64,000 nt of DNA from Bugula neritina (lineage: Eukaryota; Animalia; Bryozoa), in contig OZ037771.1 in assembly GCA_964035545.1 (NCBI GenBank), positions 1,685,628 to 1,749,627 on the forward strand, given 5' to 3'. Positions 22,638-36,100 of this stretch are shown piece after piece. The notes below the pieces were generated by a model, which ran no database searches, was not told where the DNA came from, and saw only the letters and a program-made list of their open reading frames with translations. Position numbers and translations under genes: made by a program. Every line of letters begins with the position of its first letter. The first letter of the stretch is position 1.

Positions 22638-25600
22638 CTATGTAGCTTGTTCAACACTTCGCAAAATGATGTCTTGCACTTGGACATGAGAAGGAGAGCT
22701 CAGCTGATAAACAACTGCGTCTGCGACATCGTTCGCTTCCAAAATCTAATAAGAGCCAAAATTAAACTATAAGTAATATGATAGTAGTACAAAGTTGTAT
22801 TTTAGGAGCTATCTGTAAGTTAAGGTTCCAAAAACATCTAGCCTATAGGTTATCAATGTAAACACTTATGGACCCAGATAAAAAAATTATATTTAGTACC
22901 TTTAGGTGTTGAAACATCTTACTGGCATTTTCTACTCCAAAATGATGTTTTAAAAAAGGTGTCTCAACCAGTCCAGGGCTAATTTGCTAAAATGTAGAAT
23001 AAAAAAATCATTAATCTAGTCTATATTGTATTGTAAAAGATTCTAGATAAATTAATAAGAGTTGCGTGCTCTATTGAGTACACTTGGAAATTACACAATG
23101 TTGGTTTTAATAGTCCTAGATTTATACCCATCGCGCAGCAAATTGTAGATCGAAGCAACTTCATAAATCAAGCGTGCAGTATCTGTCTCGCACAGTTTCA
23201 AGGCGTGAACTCGAAGCGCTGTACTAAAATATTATGTACTTGTAGAAACTAGGAATACTGCATTAGCAGGTTTAAAATGACAAACAAGATCTAAATCGTA
23301 ATAGTATTTAAATTAATTTTATTCAAATTTTCAACTTCAGTTTTATGATCATGATGAAGAGTTTATGTTGATGTCTAGCTTGCGTTATTATCTCACTTTT
23401 ATTTTTACTTTAGCGTTGAAATTAGTTTTAATTTCAAAATTAAATTTAAGTGTCGACTTCAAGCTCAACTCTTTTTAGCTTTATGCCGGTTCTAATCCGA
23501 ATTTAAATCATCAACTTTTTGTTAATTCATTTGATTGTAAATAAATAAGGCTCTCCAGTCCTTTAAAGTTGTTTTGAAAATACTTAAATAGCATGACCCG
23601 TATAAAAAAGGAACCGGAAGCGTTCAGGTAAGGTTTTGTATTATAAAATTAAGTTTAATAATTAATAATAACAGTTATAATGATTATAACGATATTAATA
23701 ATCATTTTCATAATAATAATTATTTCGGATAAATAGTTCAAAGCAACATGTATTTATGTAAAGACTGATAAACTTAAAGTTAATGTGTGTTCTAGTTCTA
23801 CTGTGTTTCTCTCATTCCAATTATTTTTTTCATGTTCTATGCTTTTATTCTTCACTGCTATATTTGTTCAGTAGGAATATCGGTATGGTATTTTAAACCA
23901 CGCATTTACACTGTGTTAGTTACCTCACAATTCACTCAATGAATTACAACCTTTAATTACTATTTGCTAGAGTTAGAAATTAGCCTCAATTTTTTAGCAT
24001 CATTGAAATCAAAATTGATGATTATTTGTATTGCTAGAGTAACTGTTTGAAATAAACACATTGTGGTTGATGTTGTGAGCTTACAATTGTAACATTTAAG
24101 TTTTTTCTTGTGAGCCTCTAATTAATTTGATATCTGTAGCTATAGAAAGATTTGTCTTTATTCAACTAACATCATTTGGTTCTTCTTGTGTAGGTTGAAT
24201 GTTGACGAAAATGTATGGTCAGATGTGGAGTTGAGCGAGAGTTCTATCGACCTATCAGGAAAGAGACTTCACCTGTTTCAGTTGCCTTTAGACGTATGGC
24301 AATCCTTTTACTGATTTCCCTGTGGTAGTCACAATCAATCCTTCTGGCTGTTACAACAGTTTTTATTTATATTTATCCACTGATTTTGGTAAAATGTTGC
24401 ATCAGTTTCTGTAGAAAGTTTCTTGATTGTATTATAGATGCCGCCCTCTTGTTTGCATGGCGTTGAACTGCCAGTCCCAAGGAAAAACAAATGGTCGAAG
24501 CCCATCACAGTATCGTACACTTCCAATGAAGGAAAGAGTAATCAACGGGTTTGTGTTTTAAAGCTCCAAAATGCTGGACAAACTTTTCACTCTCATTTGC
24601 TGAGTGCTTCTAAACTCTGAATATACTATTTCCTGTATTTACTGTGTTTTGTTGTTGATAGGATGTCAAGGTGGAAATAAAAGCACAAAGGATGTCCAAT
24701 CAGCAGACGGTGATGGAAGTAATAGGTGGAAAACTAATGCCATGTAAGTGTTGTGTTCCACTTGCTGATATACCAGCACATTACAACTTTCTTAGAGTTT
24801 TGAGTTGAGTTCAACTTTTGACCTTGAATATAAACTCATAATTACTTATGCGCGTTCATTTCTCCTCTTATTAGTAGACATCTTGATTAGTCTCTCTAGC
24901 TTTGTTTTGTGTCTGTCTCGCCATATCTACTGTAATAATATGCACACTGATAGGTTGATTAGGAAATTCTGCTTTAGTTTGATAATTTTTCAAGTGAGCC
25001 AGTGCCTTGTTACAAATTTTTCCATTGGTTGCTTTGCAGGCAGCAATCAGCCCATCAGCATGTATCAAGGTTTTGAGGTGGTGGAGTCAGCAGAAACCAC
25101 TCTGCCTGATGTCACTGAGTCTGTGCATCAGCTGCCGTCTGGGCTCCGGCAGCGATTTGTGCCCATAGGTAACGGGCTGGGTGAGTCATTCGATGACAAG
25201 GCCAAGGAACTGATCCTTTCTACTAAGAAGTCAGGTATTTTAGCTGCTCAATTATTATCATTTGTCGTGAATATTGTCAATGATTTCTAGTCTGTTGTTT
25301 GATGATGTTTGCACACTGCTATAGTATTCTTAAGATTTTGTCGGTAGTTAATAAAGTGAACAGCTTGCCCCGTGATTTCCTGTGCGGTGGACTGTAAAGC
25401 ATACATTATTATAGAATATAATTTAGTTCGTAGATGTAAAATAGTTAAATACATTTTTTCTAGCTATAAAAGGCTTTAAATAAAGAACCATGAAATTTAC
25501 CACAACTATGTTGCAGCTGCTACCCAACGGAAGCGTAAATCTACGAAATCGCCGACGAAGGCAGCCAGGAAACTGGAGGATTCAGTAGCCTCAGCTCCTA

Positions 25601-28600
25601 CCCGTCACAACTCAGCTAAGCGGACGGCCTCTCAGAGAGATAGTAGCGACTCGGATGAAACCCAAGAACTGCCAGTTAAGCGGATAAAAAAGTCTTCAAG
25701 TAAGACGAGTGGAAAATCCAGTGTTGAAGTCTCTCCTCTCAAACCAAAGAAGGAGAAGAAAGCTAAACTATGACAACGCACTACAGTAATTGTCCTCTCT
25801 TAGATTATACTAAAATCAGCTGCAGTGTGTATTCATACTTCATGAAGATATCTGTTTTTATCTCATCCTTTTCAGAAGATTCCACAATTTGGTGATTGTG
25901 TTATCTTTCAAGCATTTTCTCATTTGAATTGACTGACAGATATTGAGTGAATTGTAAGTAAAGATGTGTTAGTTGTATAAGAGTATATACACATATATAA
26001 TGTATAAAATATAATTTCGTCTCTCAATATTAAGATAATGATTGCTTTTTATTTAGCCAATAAAACTTCTTTGACTACTTCAAAGCAGCAACTATGTTGG
26101 GAGTTATTATCTCCTGTTTGACTTGCATAGGCTCTTACTATTCACAGCTGTGAATTTGTCTCTATAGTTTGAATACTAAGCTATCTTAGGTTATCTAACA
26201 TGAAGCTATTAATAGCATAAGCTAATGACACTACCTTGATAAAAACCTGTTGAAAAGAACTAGATATTTATTCCATTTCAGTAATGGCGGCCCTATCTTA
26301 TACTATCAATAACTTCCACTACAGAATTTGAAGCCAAATATCAAAGTGAGTAGCATTCAAAAACTCTTACCAAAATGAAACTTAGCCATTTTTCATAAAT
26401 ACTTACAGAGACTTTGCATTTAAAATGAGGGCGTTGGGCCAGTAACTCCATCCTGGTTCCATTTGTGATAGCAGTCAGAGCATGCTTGGTTGCAGTGTAA
26501 ACTTGTATTAAAGGATTTGAGAATGTATAATGCCCACCAACACTAAAACCAAGTGTATAAATAATTGCCAATTCTACTCTATTCCATAAAATAGATGCAT
26601 CTTACTTGTAATCACTATCTTTCCTTCTTTATGTGTTTACATACACTGCTTACAGAATTTTGATAATCTAACCAAATAACTATACTAAAATCACCGTCAT
26701 TAATTTTTTAAAACCAAATCAAATGAAAATACACAAATTCTATATTATATGCTTGTGTATGTGTTTCCCACATCTCATCTGTTGATACACATCTCACCTG
26801 TTGCTTAATACCCCACCTGTTGATTAACTTCTCGACTGTTGATACACACCCACCTGTTGATTAACATCTCACCTGTTGATACACACCCGCCTGTTGATTA
26901 ATCATCTCACCTGTTGCTTAATACCCCACCTGTTGATTAACTTCTCAACTGCTGATACACACCCACCTGTTGATATTTATTATATGACCTTCTTCTATGC
27001 CGCTTGCTCTCATCAAAGAAGTTGCTTCTCTTGTTATTCGAAGAACACCCATCACATTGGTCTGCAGATAAAATAATTTTACTTCTCTTTCTATTGCAAG
27101 TATTTTGCAAATACCAATAACAACTAGCAGCACAAAGTTTTATATTCAACAAGCGATCTTACATTATAGTTTTATGACATTTCTTATACTAAAATCAAAA
27201 GCCTTGAAGTAGAAATTAGTTGACAATGTTGAATTCCTAATAATATTATACTGGTACAAAATATCCTTCATTCTGCTGCATGGAATTAGCCAAAGCCCTA
27301 AATCTTATTTATTTTTTATTGATGTTTTTCATCATGTCAAAATATGCAGTAAAAGCTTAGTGAAACTTTGACCAAAAATGCCCCAAGTATAACTTACATC
27401 AAACATTAGCTGCCAATCCTCAGATTTGCCAGAAAGAATAGGAGCATTTCTTCCAACGCCCGCATTATTGATGCATACATCTAATCGACCAAACTTTTCC
27501 TTTACCTCCAGAAACATAGACACTACCTGTTTCTCGTCACACACATCGCACTGTATGGTTGTGAGTTCACCCAGACTCCCTATCTCACCCTTCAGTTGCT
27601 GCAAACAAGTAATAAATAAAATGACCAAGAAGGGATTCAACATTATTAGATAGCTAGATCTGAAGCATTATGTAATGGCAATGTTCATTCTTTTCTAAGT
27701 CTAGCAAAATATTCATAAAAATTTAATATCAGCTCAAAATATACCCAGAGCAAAAAGCTGATACAATAATTTCACTTAATTTCGATTTACTAATTCATTA
27801 TTACAGCATGCCTAGCAATAAAACTAAGACTTAGTGCTTTATAATCTTTACCCAGCAACAAAAGTTAATCCTACAGCTTCAGCTTGACTGGTATTACTCA
27901 CAGTTCATAAGTTAAGGAATTGGGGTCAAGTTTTAGGTTGTTTCACTGTGCGTGTTTGTTTTTCACTAGTTGTAAGTTTTGTATCTATAGTCGAAATAAG
28001 GTGCCTTATCTTTATCTGTTGCCTTGTTACATATTTAAGACACTGATAAGTATTTATAATAACTTGTCTGGTATCGCAATACACTGTTTTAACCACCAAG
28101 ACTACTTCTACGAGGGGCTGATCATGCAGTACATGCGAAAGAAAGGTTTCTTGCTGGCAGCATGTTTTTATTTGAGGAGGGGGGATTTGTGTTAGAGAAT
28201 TTTCTTTACCCAGCCATTGGAGATGGGTCTATGCAAATCATTGACAATGTGAATCTGCATGAACATTATTTGAGGGCATGAAATAGAGAACAAGGTACAA
28301 ATAGATATAGTATAGACAAATATAGTATAGATATAGTATAGACAAACCGTACAGACGGAGAACTAAATTATAGTATAGCAAAAACTTTTCCAAAATGCTG
28401 AAGATAGCCATAATGTTTAATTATAGATTAAATTTGATCTATTGTATTGGTGAAAGTACAATAGAGATTTTAACATTGAGTAAAAGAGGCTGTTCCACTG
28501 ATACTGTAGAAAACCATGGTAGGTACTTTCTGGTATTTATTTACATATTAGTTATGAGCAGCTTATCCTGTTGTAAAACCAAACACATTGCTTTTGCATT

Positions 28601-28841
28601 GTTTTGAATATGATAATCCAAGTTCTAGTATAACATCAATTGCTCAAATATATTGAATATGCTACTAAAAACTAACCGCCAGAGCTTCCAATCTTCTACC
28701 ACAGCCGATGACTTTTATTCCACATTCTAGTAGCCTGGTAGCTGTAGCCTTACCAATGCCATCTGATGCCCCAGTCACTAAGGCTACTTTTCCAGCCCAT
28801 TGCTCCATACCACAGGTAGATGAAGGTTTGGAACTTGTCAT
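22638..28841 (-). CDS. DHRS11: Short-chain dehydrogenase/reductase, DHRS11-like (about 263 aa)
   Basis: Exons 28841-28677, 27598-27398, 27061-26967, 26542-26407, 22986-22900, 22745-22638. MEQWAGKVALVTGASDGIG (TGxxxGxG), NNAG, GHIININS, YTATK (YxxxK), ISPGLVET, DVADAVVYQLSSPSHVQVQDIILR. An alternative start is the ATG at 28808. Confidence 0.9.
23593..25773 (+). CDS. POLR1G: RNA polymerase I subunit RPA34/PAF49-like (about 259 aa), nested antisense in DHRS11 intron 4
   Basis: Exons 23593-23627, 24194-24293, 24438-24548, 24662-24743, 25040-25234, 25517-25773. They are phase-consistent; the exon 3 donor is least certain. KRLHLFQLPLDMPPSCLHGVELP and HQLPSGLRQRFVPIG resemble the RPA34 motifs as I recall them (LWLIQAPADF..; QIPPGLRPRF..FG), followed by a K/S-rich tail. 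Confidence 0.75.
26769..26974 (-). repeat. About 11 copies of an 18-20 bp unit made of the DHRS11 exon-3 end plus donor (ATCAACAG|GTGRG)
   Basis: The plus strand shows repeated cacctgttgat / cacctgttgct, continuous with the real donor at 26966. Confidence 0.9.
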
Positions 28842-29494
28842 GCTGCTAGACTTTATAGCATTTATCTCTTGAATAGTATCTAGTGAAATGACAAAGTGTA
28901 CCTAATCATTAACTTTCTACTAACAAGTTTTGTATGCCTTTAGGAGTGGGCGAAATGACACCTCTTATGATAAGAGCATAGAGCAAACCTACAATATTAT
29001 ATGTAATGCTACAACTTTTTGTTTCCAATCGAAAAATTGTAATATCATCGCAAAAGCCATTAGGTTTAAAAAATTGGATATATTTATAGAAAGGAAGCTA
29101 CAATTTAGTAGAACTTAGACCATTTCTATGCTCAAACTCACCTTCAATTGGAAGACAAAGCCTAGACTGATCACCATTGTCAAGTACTCGAGCTTTAAGT
29201 GATGTCATTTTCTATAAAACAGACTACCAGCTTAAACTCCTACGCTCAAGAGGGCTATTGACTCAGCCATATGTACTTTTGTGCACTAAATGAGGTTCAT
29301 TGTCTAAATATGTCCTACTTTCAATACATTTGCTTAGGTTTTAGCCAACATTTTGACCTACCTTTTGAAACTGTGTTGAGCAGTCTTTGCCTTAAGAAAA
29401 AAAGTTGTTGTAGGAGTACAATTGTGAAAACTATTGTAGAGGTTTGGCTTTTAGAGCCAATGAAATTGTAAAGTAGCTCCAGTATATTGCTGCA

Positions 29495-29614
29495 GCCGAG
29501 AGACTGCAGAGGCAAGCACCCTCATCATCAGCTCGCCGAGAGACTGCAGAGGCAAGCACCCTCATCATCAGCTCGCCGAGAGACTGCAGAGGCAAACACC
29601 CTCATCATCAGCTC
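29495..29614. repeat. 40-bp tandem repeat, 3 copies
   Basis: gccgagagactgcagaggcaagcaccctcatcatcagctc at 29495, 29535 and 29575, with one mismatch in copy 3. Confidence 0.95.
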
Positions 29615-32600
29615 AGGTTTGCTAGGAGAACTCATCGCTAGGCAATAGAAATCCAGTCTGATGCAGCCAACGCCTATATCTATTTTCAGCTCATTTTCTC
29701 ATATAAAATGTTTACTGAGCTTTAAATATGTTTACTATTTATATCTCATTGTTGGGATATGATGAGAATGCTGTTGACATAGTTGTAATTTGTTGTTTAG
29801 TTTACTCAATATTGTTTTAATGTGTGATATTTCTAGGTTAAAACGGCTTTTAAAAATAATATAGCCTATATACCTACAAAATAAGTAATGTTATTTCAAA
29901 ATAATTTGAATTTGTCTGGACACTATTTTAGCTATTCCAATAAATTACTTTGCTCTGCAAATACAGGAGCATTGGTTGCTTTTGAAATCATAATATCTAT
30001 ATAGCATGCCTAAAATTCTCACATTAGTATATGCTAGCATGTCTATATACCCAAACACTCTTTGTAACACTTGTACACGGAAGGGGGTCAAGTTTTATAT
30101 TATTATCAAAACTTAAAACGGGGCCACTAAAATATTCTTCTAACTAATAAACTACTAATATTATGAATTTTTTATTAAATCACTAATAATGACACATCTA
30201 GATCTTCTTTGACAGGTGTTCAGTGACCTACACCTAGCTTCGTGGACACTTACATGATCTATATATGTATATGTGTATTCAAGATTATGTATTATCTGCT
30301 CATCAGCCATTATATAGAGTACCCAGCTACATGTTTTATTAACTTTCTAAATTTAGTTGAGAGTTATGTTTATTTACTTTGTAGAGTTACTTTCCCTTGA
30401 TAAGTGCTTCATAACTTGATACTTGATAGAACAGGTGCTTGTGTGGTACTGCTCTGGTTGTCACACAATACTACCATATCTACCAGTGGGTTAGGAAAAC
30501 TAGGGCACGGGAATATGTTTAAATGAAGATTTCAAAATTACTATCACATAACAAACTTAAGAACATATGCATGTATGCATATGTATACAATTTTTCATCT
30601 TAATATAATATAATCTTTAATTTAGTTTCACGAGTTGTAGTGAAATTTCACTAACCTCTATATTATTTTAAAAGAGTATTCAATTTAGTCTAGAGGACTT
30701 ATCTTTCATAAACGCAGTAGTAATTCTTAAAATAACAAAAAAAAATTTTTGGAAGTACAATGCAAAAGATTGTGTATGAACGAAGCTAACAAGTGTTCAA
30801 GAAGATCTTAGAAGTAGATAAATGCTAGTTTAATATAATACATACAAATATTATTATTAGGTTATGATAATTATAACAAGCTAATTGGTTATAATATCAA
30901 ATATCTATACCTGAATGTCTACAATGTATTCTATCATGGTTAGATATTCATGAAGAGCTATGCTGCTAGCTGCATGCAGTTTACCAACATCCTAATAAGT
31001 AATACCTAATCTGAAAATTAATGTTTTATTTCACAGTTCATTGTGGGTCAAAAGTACAAAGTTTAAATTTGAAGTTGTCCACTCTCGATGTATACCGTGC
31101 TAATTTCAAATTAATATGACTCCTTTGTAACGAGTAATGAGTATTGCAATGAAAAAAACGGAACAAAATGTTGAAATAGGTTATTGTTTGTAAATAAAAG
31201 ATTGTCTTCGTATGAGTAGTTAATATGATTACATATAATGTGAAGATAAGATAGTAGACCTATGTACTTGGTTGTATATAATTTTGCAGGAAACTTTGAA
31301 CTGCATACATATATTGTTAGAGACTCGTTACATCACAACCCTGAAATAGAAAACTGACATATGATTCACCCCAACATGGCATTGTAGCTGATAAAATGTG
31401 TACCAAAAACCATGCAGTTTCCACAAAACAGGAAATATTAGCTGATGCTTGTTGGCTACATAATATTGTCCAGAAAACAATGCACTCAGTTTCTACAGTA
31501 GTAGTCCTTCGCACACTGTCGACCGGAAAGACCTGTCACCGCCTGCTATGTGCTTAGCATTGGCACGTCACGGTAGGTTAGTCAATGTTCTTGCACAACA
31601 GAATATAAATCAGATACAGTGGCTTGGCAGAAGTTACTCAAGCAAAGAAAAATATTATTGAAAAGCAAGTAAATGATAATATAATTGAAAAGACAACTCT
31701 GAAGGTTTATCCAATGACCGGTTTACCAGGCCCTTTAGTTCGTGTACTTAAACCTAAGACCAAAAACCTATAGAGTTGTCCAGTAGTCTATTTTACTTGC
31801 TAATCCCATTGTAAAGAGTGAAGAATAATCATCATAACCTGTACTCATCAGCTAAGGATCATACTTATATAGAAAATTGGAAAGGCATTTAGACATCGAT
31901 AATTTCTTCTCTTACAAATGCATGATCGAAATATTGTGCATGAGGAAATATTTAATAACTATGTTTACTGATAACCCCAAACTAATGAACAAAATATGTA
32001 TCACTGGTCTGTATAAAATTCTCAGAAAAATGCAAACTGTGACCTTCTTAGAGAACAATATAAGCTTAACCAATAAGGGAATGCAATTTGTAATTGATAA
32101 CAGTACCGTTGTAGCAGCAGTACATCGCATTTATATATGCCATAAAAAGGACACTTTCAGTGTTGATAATGTATGTTTAACATAACTATTAAATCATAGT
32201 ACTTGGTAATATGAATAACTGTGCCTTCAAACTATTCCATCAGACAAGTTGTAACTTATTATTAAATATATCGACTGTTAGACCAATACTAAACAGTATA
32301 ATTTGATGAAATAAAAAAAGCTCAATACTTTTGTTTAAAAAATTAAAAAAGTCCACATATTTTAGAATGCTAAATAATTCAGGATGAAGATAGATGTTGT
32401 TTTGGGTATACATTTGTATTTTAATACAGAATAATAGAAATAAATAAAGTAATTAATAATCTGTATATACAAAATGAAGTTCATCATCATACAGAGAACA
32501 TGAATGAGCACGGGGCTATGTACAATCTACAGAACTGAATGACTCAACACACAGTTTTTGCTCATCATAAAAATCCAGACATTTGAATATATTTACAAAT

Positions 32601-33149
32601 TTCAACTATATACTCATCATTTAAATTTAATTCTATAATACATAAATGTACATAGAAATGAGCAAAAGAAAAGATTTCAGTGATGAATCTTTTTGATTAT
32701 AATTAGTTCAAGGAATTTGATTTCGACACTTAAAGGTGTGTACTTTGTTAAAATTTGCGTAATCGGTAAATAACTTAAGACTAAAAAGCTCAGGCCGGGC
32801 CTGGAGCATACTGGAAAATAAATATAAGTTGACAGCTAGATATTTTTGAGCTAGCTGAAATATGTAGATTACATCTATACACAGTGGCACTTAATGCATA
32901 AAACCTGCCTTGCTAAATTAGAATTATATAAGAAAAATTTACACAAATAAATAAATTAATTACATGTAGAAACTATACATTATATTGTTTTGTTTTGTCA
33001 CTCATCTGTTCCAAGAACAGAAAGTTGTTAGTATGAAATGTAGCCAATTAAGTGAATGCTACTCCTTCATTTCTAGAACGTTCTTTATACTAAATACTGA
33101 TAAGTTTCCAAACCATTGACATGAAATGTTTTTCTAGCAAGAAATCAAT

Positions 33150-33163
33150 GTTGCCATGGAAAC
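33150..33163. promoter_or_regulatory. Canonical RFX X-box motif
   Basis: GTTGCCATGGAAAC, about 30 nt past the mastermind stop codon. Confidence 0.35.
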
Positions 33164-33194
33164 GAGTCTAGACGGAGACTCGAGTGTAGCCAAA

Positions 33195-36100
33195 CTACAG
33201 GGATGGCAATATCGCCTCCAAGTCGTCCAGATGTTGATGAGACTCAGGGGTGCGAGAATGTACCATCGGAGGCAGCGACATGGCTGCCGTCGGTGGGTAT
33301 GACTGGGAGTTAGTCATGTGATGAGGCATCATAGCTGACTGCCTGGGGTGTGCCTGTGGGTGACCTTGGGGATGCAACTGCTGACCCTGCTGCTGCTGAG
33401 TCATTGACTTTTGGTGAGGGTAGGTTGGCAGTCTGTACATGGGTTGGGACGGCATCACATGTGGTGAGGATCTAATACTCTGAGAAGGATGCTGTATGTG
33501 AGCAGACGACGTAGACTGCGGCAGCACGTGCTGCTGCTGCAACACGTCTGCTAAAGGTGTTCTCTGCATCGCATGTGCTTGCGGGTGAGAGGCTGGAATC
33601 ATACTCGCCTGAGCCATAGCTGAAACACATCAAACAACACAACTAGAGAATAGCTCCACCACCATATAGACACACCAAACACAGCTAGAGAAAACTTCGC
33701 ACCAAACAAGAAATGTACAGAGAGACGGCCACTTGCTCCTACAACACGGTTATTAATCACCTTTCACTGAAACAACCACCACTTCAACCAATCAACAAGC
33801 ACACATTAGCAGGCAACTAATATCTCATCATTAATCAATTAAAGGTGGAAGCAAACCACAGAGCAAGTCCCGACCTGACACAGTGCCACAAGGTCAGACG
33901 TTATATAACAGCAGCTCACCTGGGGAGACTCCGTTAACCTGATGCCGCGCCATATGGTGGTGATGAGGTAGGTGGTGGGCACTGACGTGAGGCCCCATAG
34001 GGCTGGGGGTGCCATGCGGCACCATAGTCATAGGGGGTCCCTGGGTGAGGGGGCTCATTGGCCGCATACGCTGAGAGGGGGCGTAACCGGAAGACACTTG
34101 ATTGGCAGGAAGTTGGTGGGACTGATATCCACTCGGCACGGCGTGTCCCATCGCACCAGCTAAACAACACAAATAGTTATTAGAAACTTTCCTAATATGA
34201 TAATTAGCGAAGTAAAGAGAGCCACGCCCCCTGGTAGTCGCATACCACGCATCTCATTACCCTCAGTCTACTTGGCTTCAACACCGTGTCATGATTGATA
34301 GGAGAACATCATATCAACCAAAGTGCAGGATGAGTTAAGTTGAACATTGTTTTCACCTTCACTTACTTGGCCGTACTTGAAGGTACAGCCAAGTAAGTGA
34401 TGGTGAGGGGACCAGCTGCTGTCACCTACCTGAGTGTTGCACCGTGTGTTGAGAATGTTGAGCGGCAGCGAGTTTGTGATGCTGCTCGGGAGAGATCATT
34501 GATGGGTGAGGGTTGGAGAGCTGCCGAGTGAGCATAGGTGCTGCCTGGGCTGGCATGGCACTGGATGGCAGGTGATAGGTGGGTCTTGCATAGCCGTATG
34601 GTTGAGGTGCTGCAATATACCGTACGGAATATATACAGCATAGCATATTATATAAGTATATATATTATATGTAATACAAGAATATATACAGCATAGCATA
34701 TTATATAAGTATATATATTATATGTAATACAAGAATATATACAGCATAGCATATCATATAAGTATATATATTATATGTAATACAAGAATATATGCATCAC
34801 ATTTAATAAACGTTACATACTATATTGTGCTCATCATATATAAAACAAATGTACAAGGCAACATAATATGCATAATATGTAAAACACATATAGAACATAA
34901 TATAGATGACTATACAGGAAGAAGACGTATAGGTGGGCACATTACACTACCTTGACGAGGATGTCTAGCATTGGCTCTTAAGGCAGCCTGTTGAAGAGCT
35001 GCTTCTGCTGCCATTGAGTCAGCCATCATAGGAGGATACTGAGAGGGGTGGGGGTTGCGGGGGTCCATGTATTGACCGGCAGCTGTTGGCATGATGACAC
35101 CGTTACCATACGGGGACTTGTGGACAGCTTTAGCTTGCTGGGCACGCCGGTACTCCTACAAACAGCACGGCATCACCTACATTACTAGACAGCACACGGA
35201 TACAAGCAGGCAGTTTGGTAGTTTATAAGCACAGGGCTTCAAGGTTAAACTTATACAATGTCCCTCCATATCTCACTAGAGTCTGGAAACCTCAATTCGC
35301 GACATAATAGAAAACCAGATTTAACCCTTGGATTAGTTAAATTCAGTCATTTCGTCTATACACACATACATAAGCCAGAAAACAGGGGTCCAAGCCCTTT
35401 AATTTCGTGAGAAATGGAGCCGTGAGATATGGATGGAGCACTGTGTATCGTTTCTACTCCACAATTATTCGTATAAATTCAGGGGTAGAAATCACCTCGC
35501 AAACAAATGGAATAGTTGAAACTAACCTCTGAGCTGCTGAGATGTGGATTAGGTTGGGCGTACTGAGCGCCAGTGGTGTAGGTGTAGGGGGTGCCAGTGG
35601 TGCCTGGAGTAGGTGCAGGGTGGCCTGGCATGGCGCCAGATGGGTAGTCTATGCCATTCATCTGTACCATTGGGTAGCTGTAGGACCCTGCAATAGCAAC
35701 ATACAGTATATACATACAAGTATACATATATTGCATACAGAATATACCTACATATACACAGTATATACTGCATGTATGTATAAACAGCACATATACATAA
35801 ATAAATAAAAAATTGTGAGGTTGCTTAAAACATACTACCAGATGTGAAGACTAAATTTCTATATATTATATAGTATATAATATATACTTATACTACAATT
35901 GGCACAAGTCAAACAACTGAATATCTATACACACCACACAGTGTATTGAGCTGCAGGCAGTGTGAACAGTGAGAAATAATATTATGGTGATTCAATGAGC
36001 TATGAAGTAACTTAGAGGACAGAAGTGGCTACAAGATTACACGGCAATATTAGATATGATATGCAAGAGATTGCTGGATAAATAACCTACTAGGTCAATG

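Noticed and set aside
29495-29614. 40-bp direct repeats as a CRISPR array
   Set aside because: No unique spacers, eukaryotic context and no cas genes.
31540-31580. Short hairpin as a pre-miRNA
   Set aside because: The stem is short and G-U rich, and I recognise no mature miRNA.
35406-35413. CSL/Su(H) sites (CGTGAGAA here; TGTGGGAA at about 37724) suggesting Notch autoregulation of mastermind
   Set aside because: Both fall inside mobile elements, are unpaired and are expected by chance.
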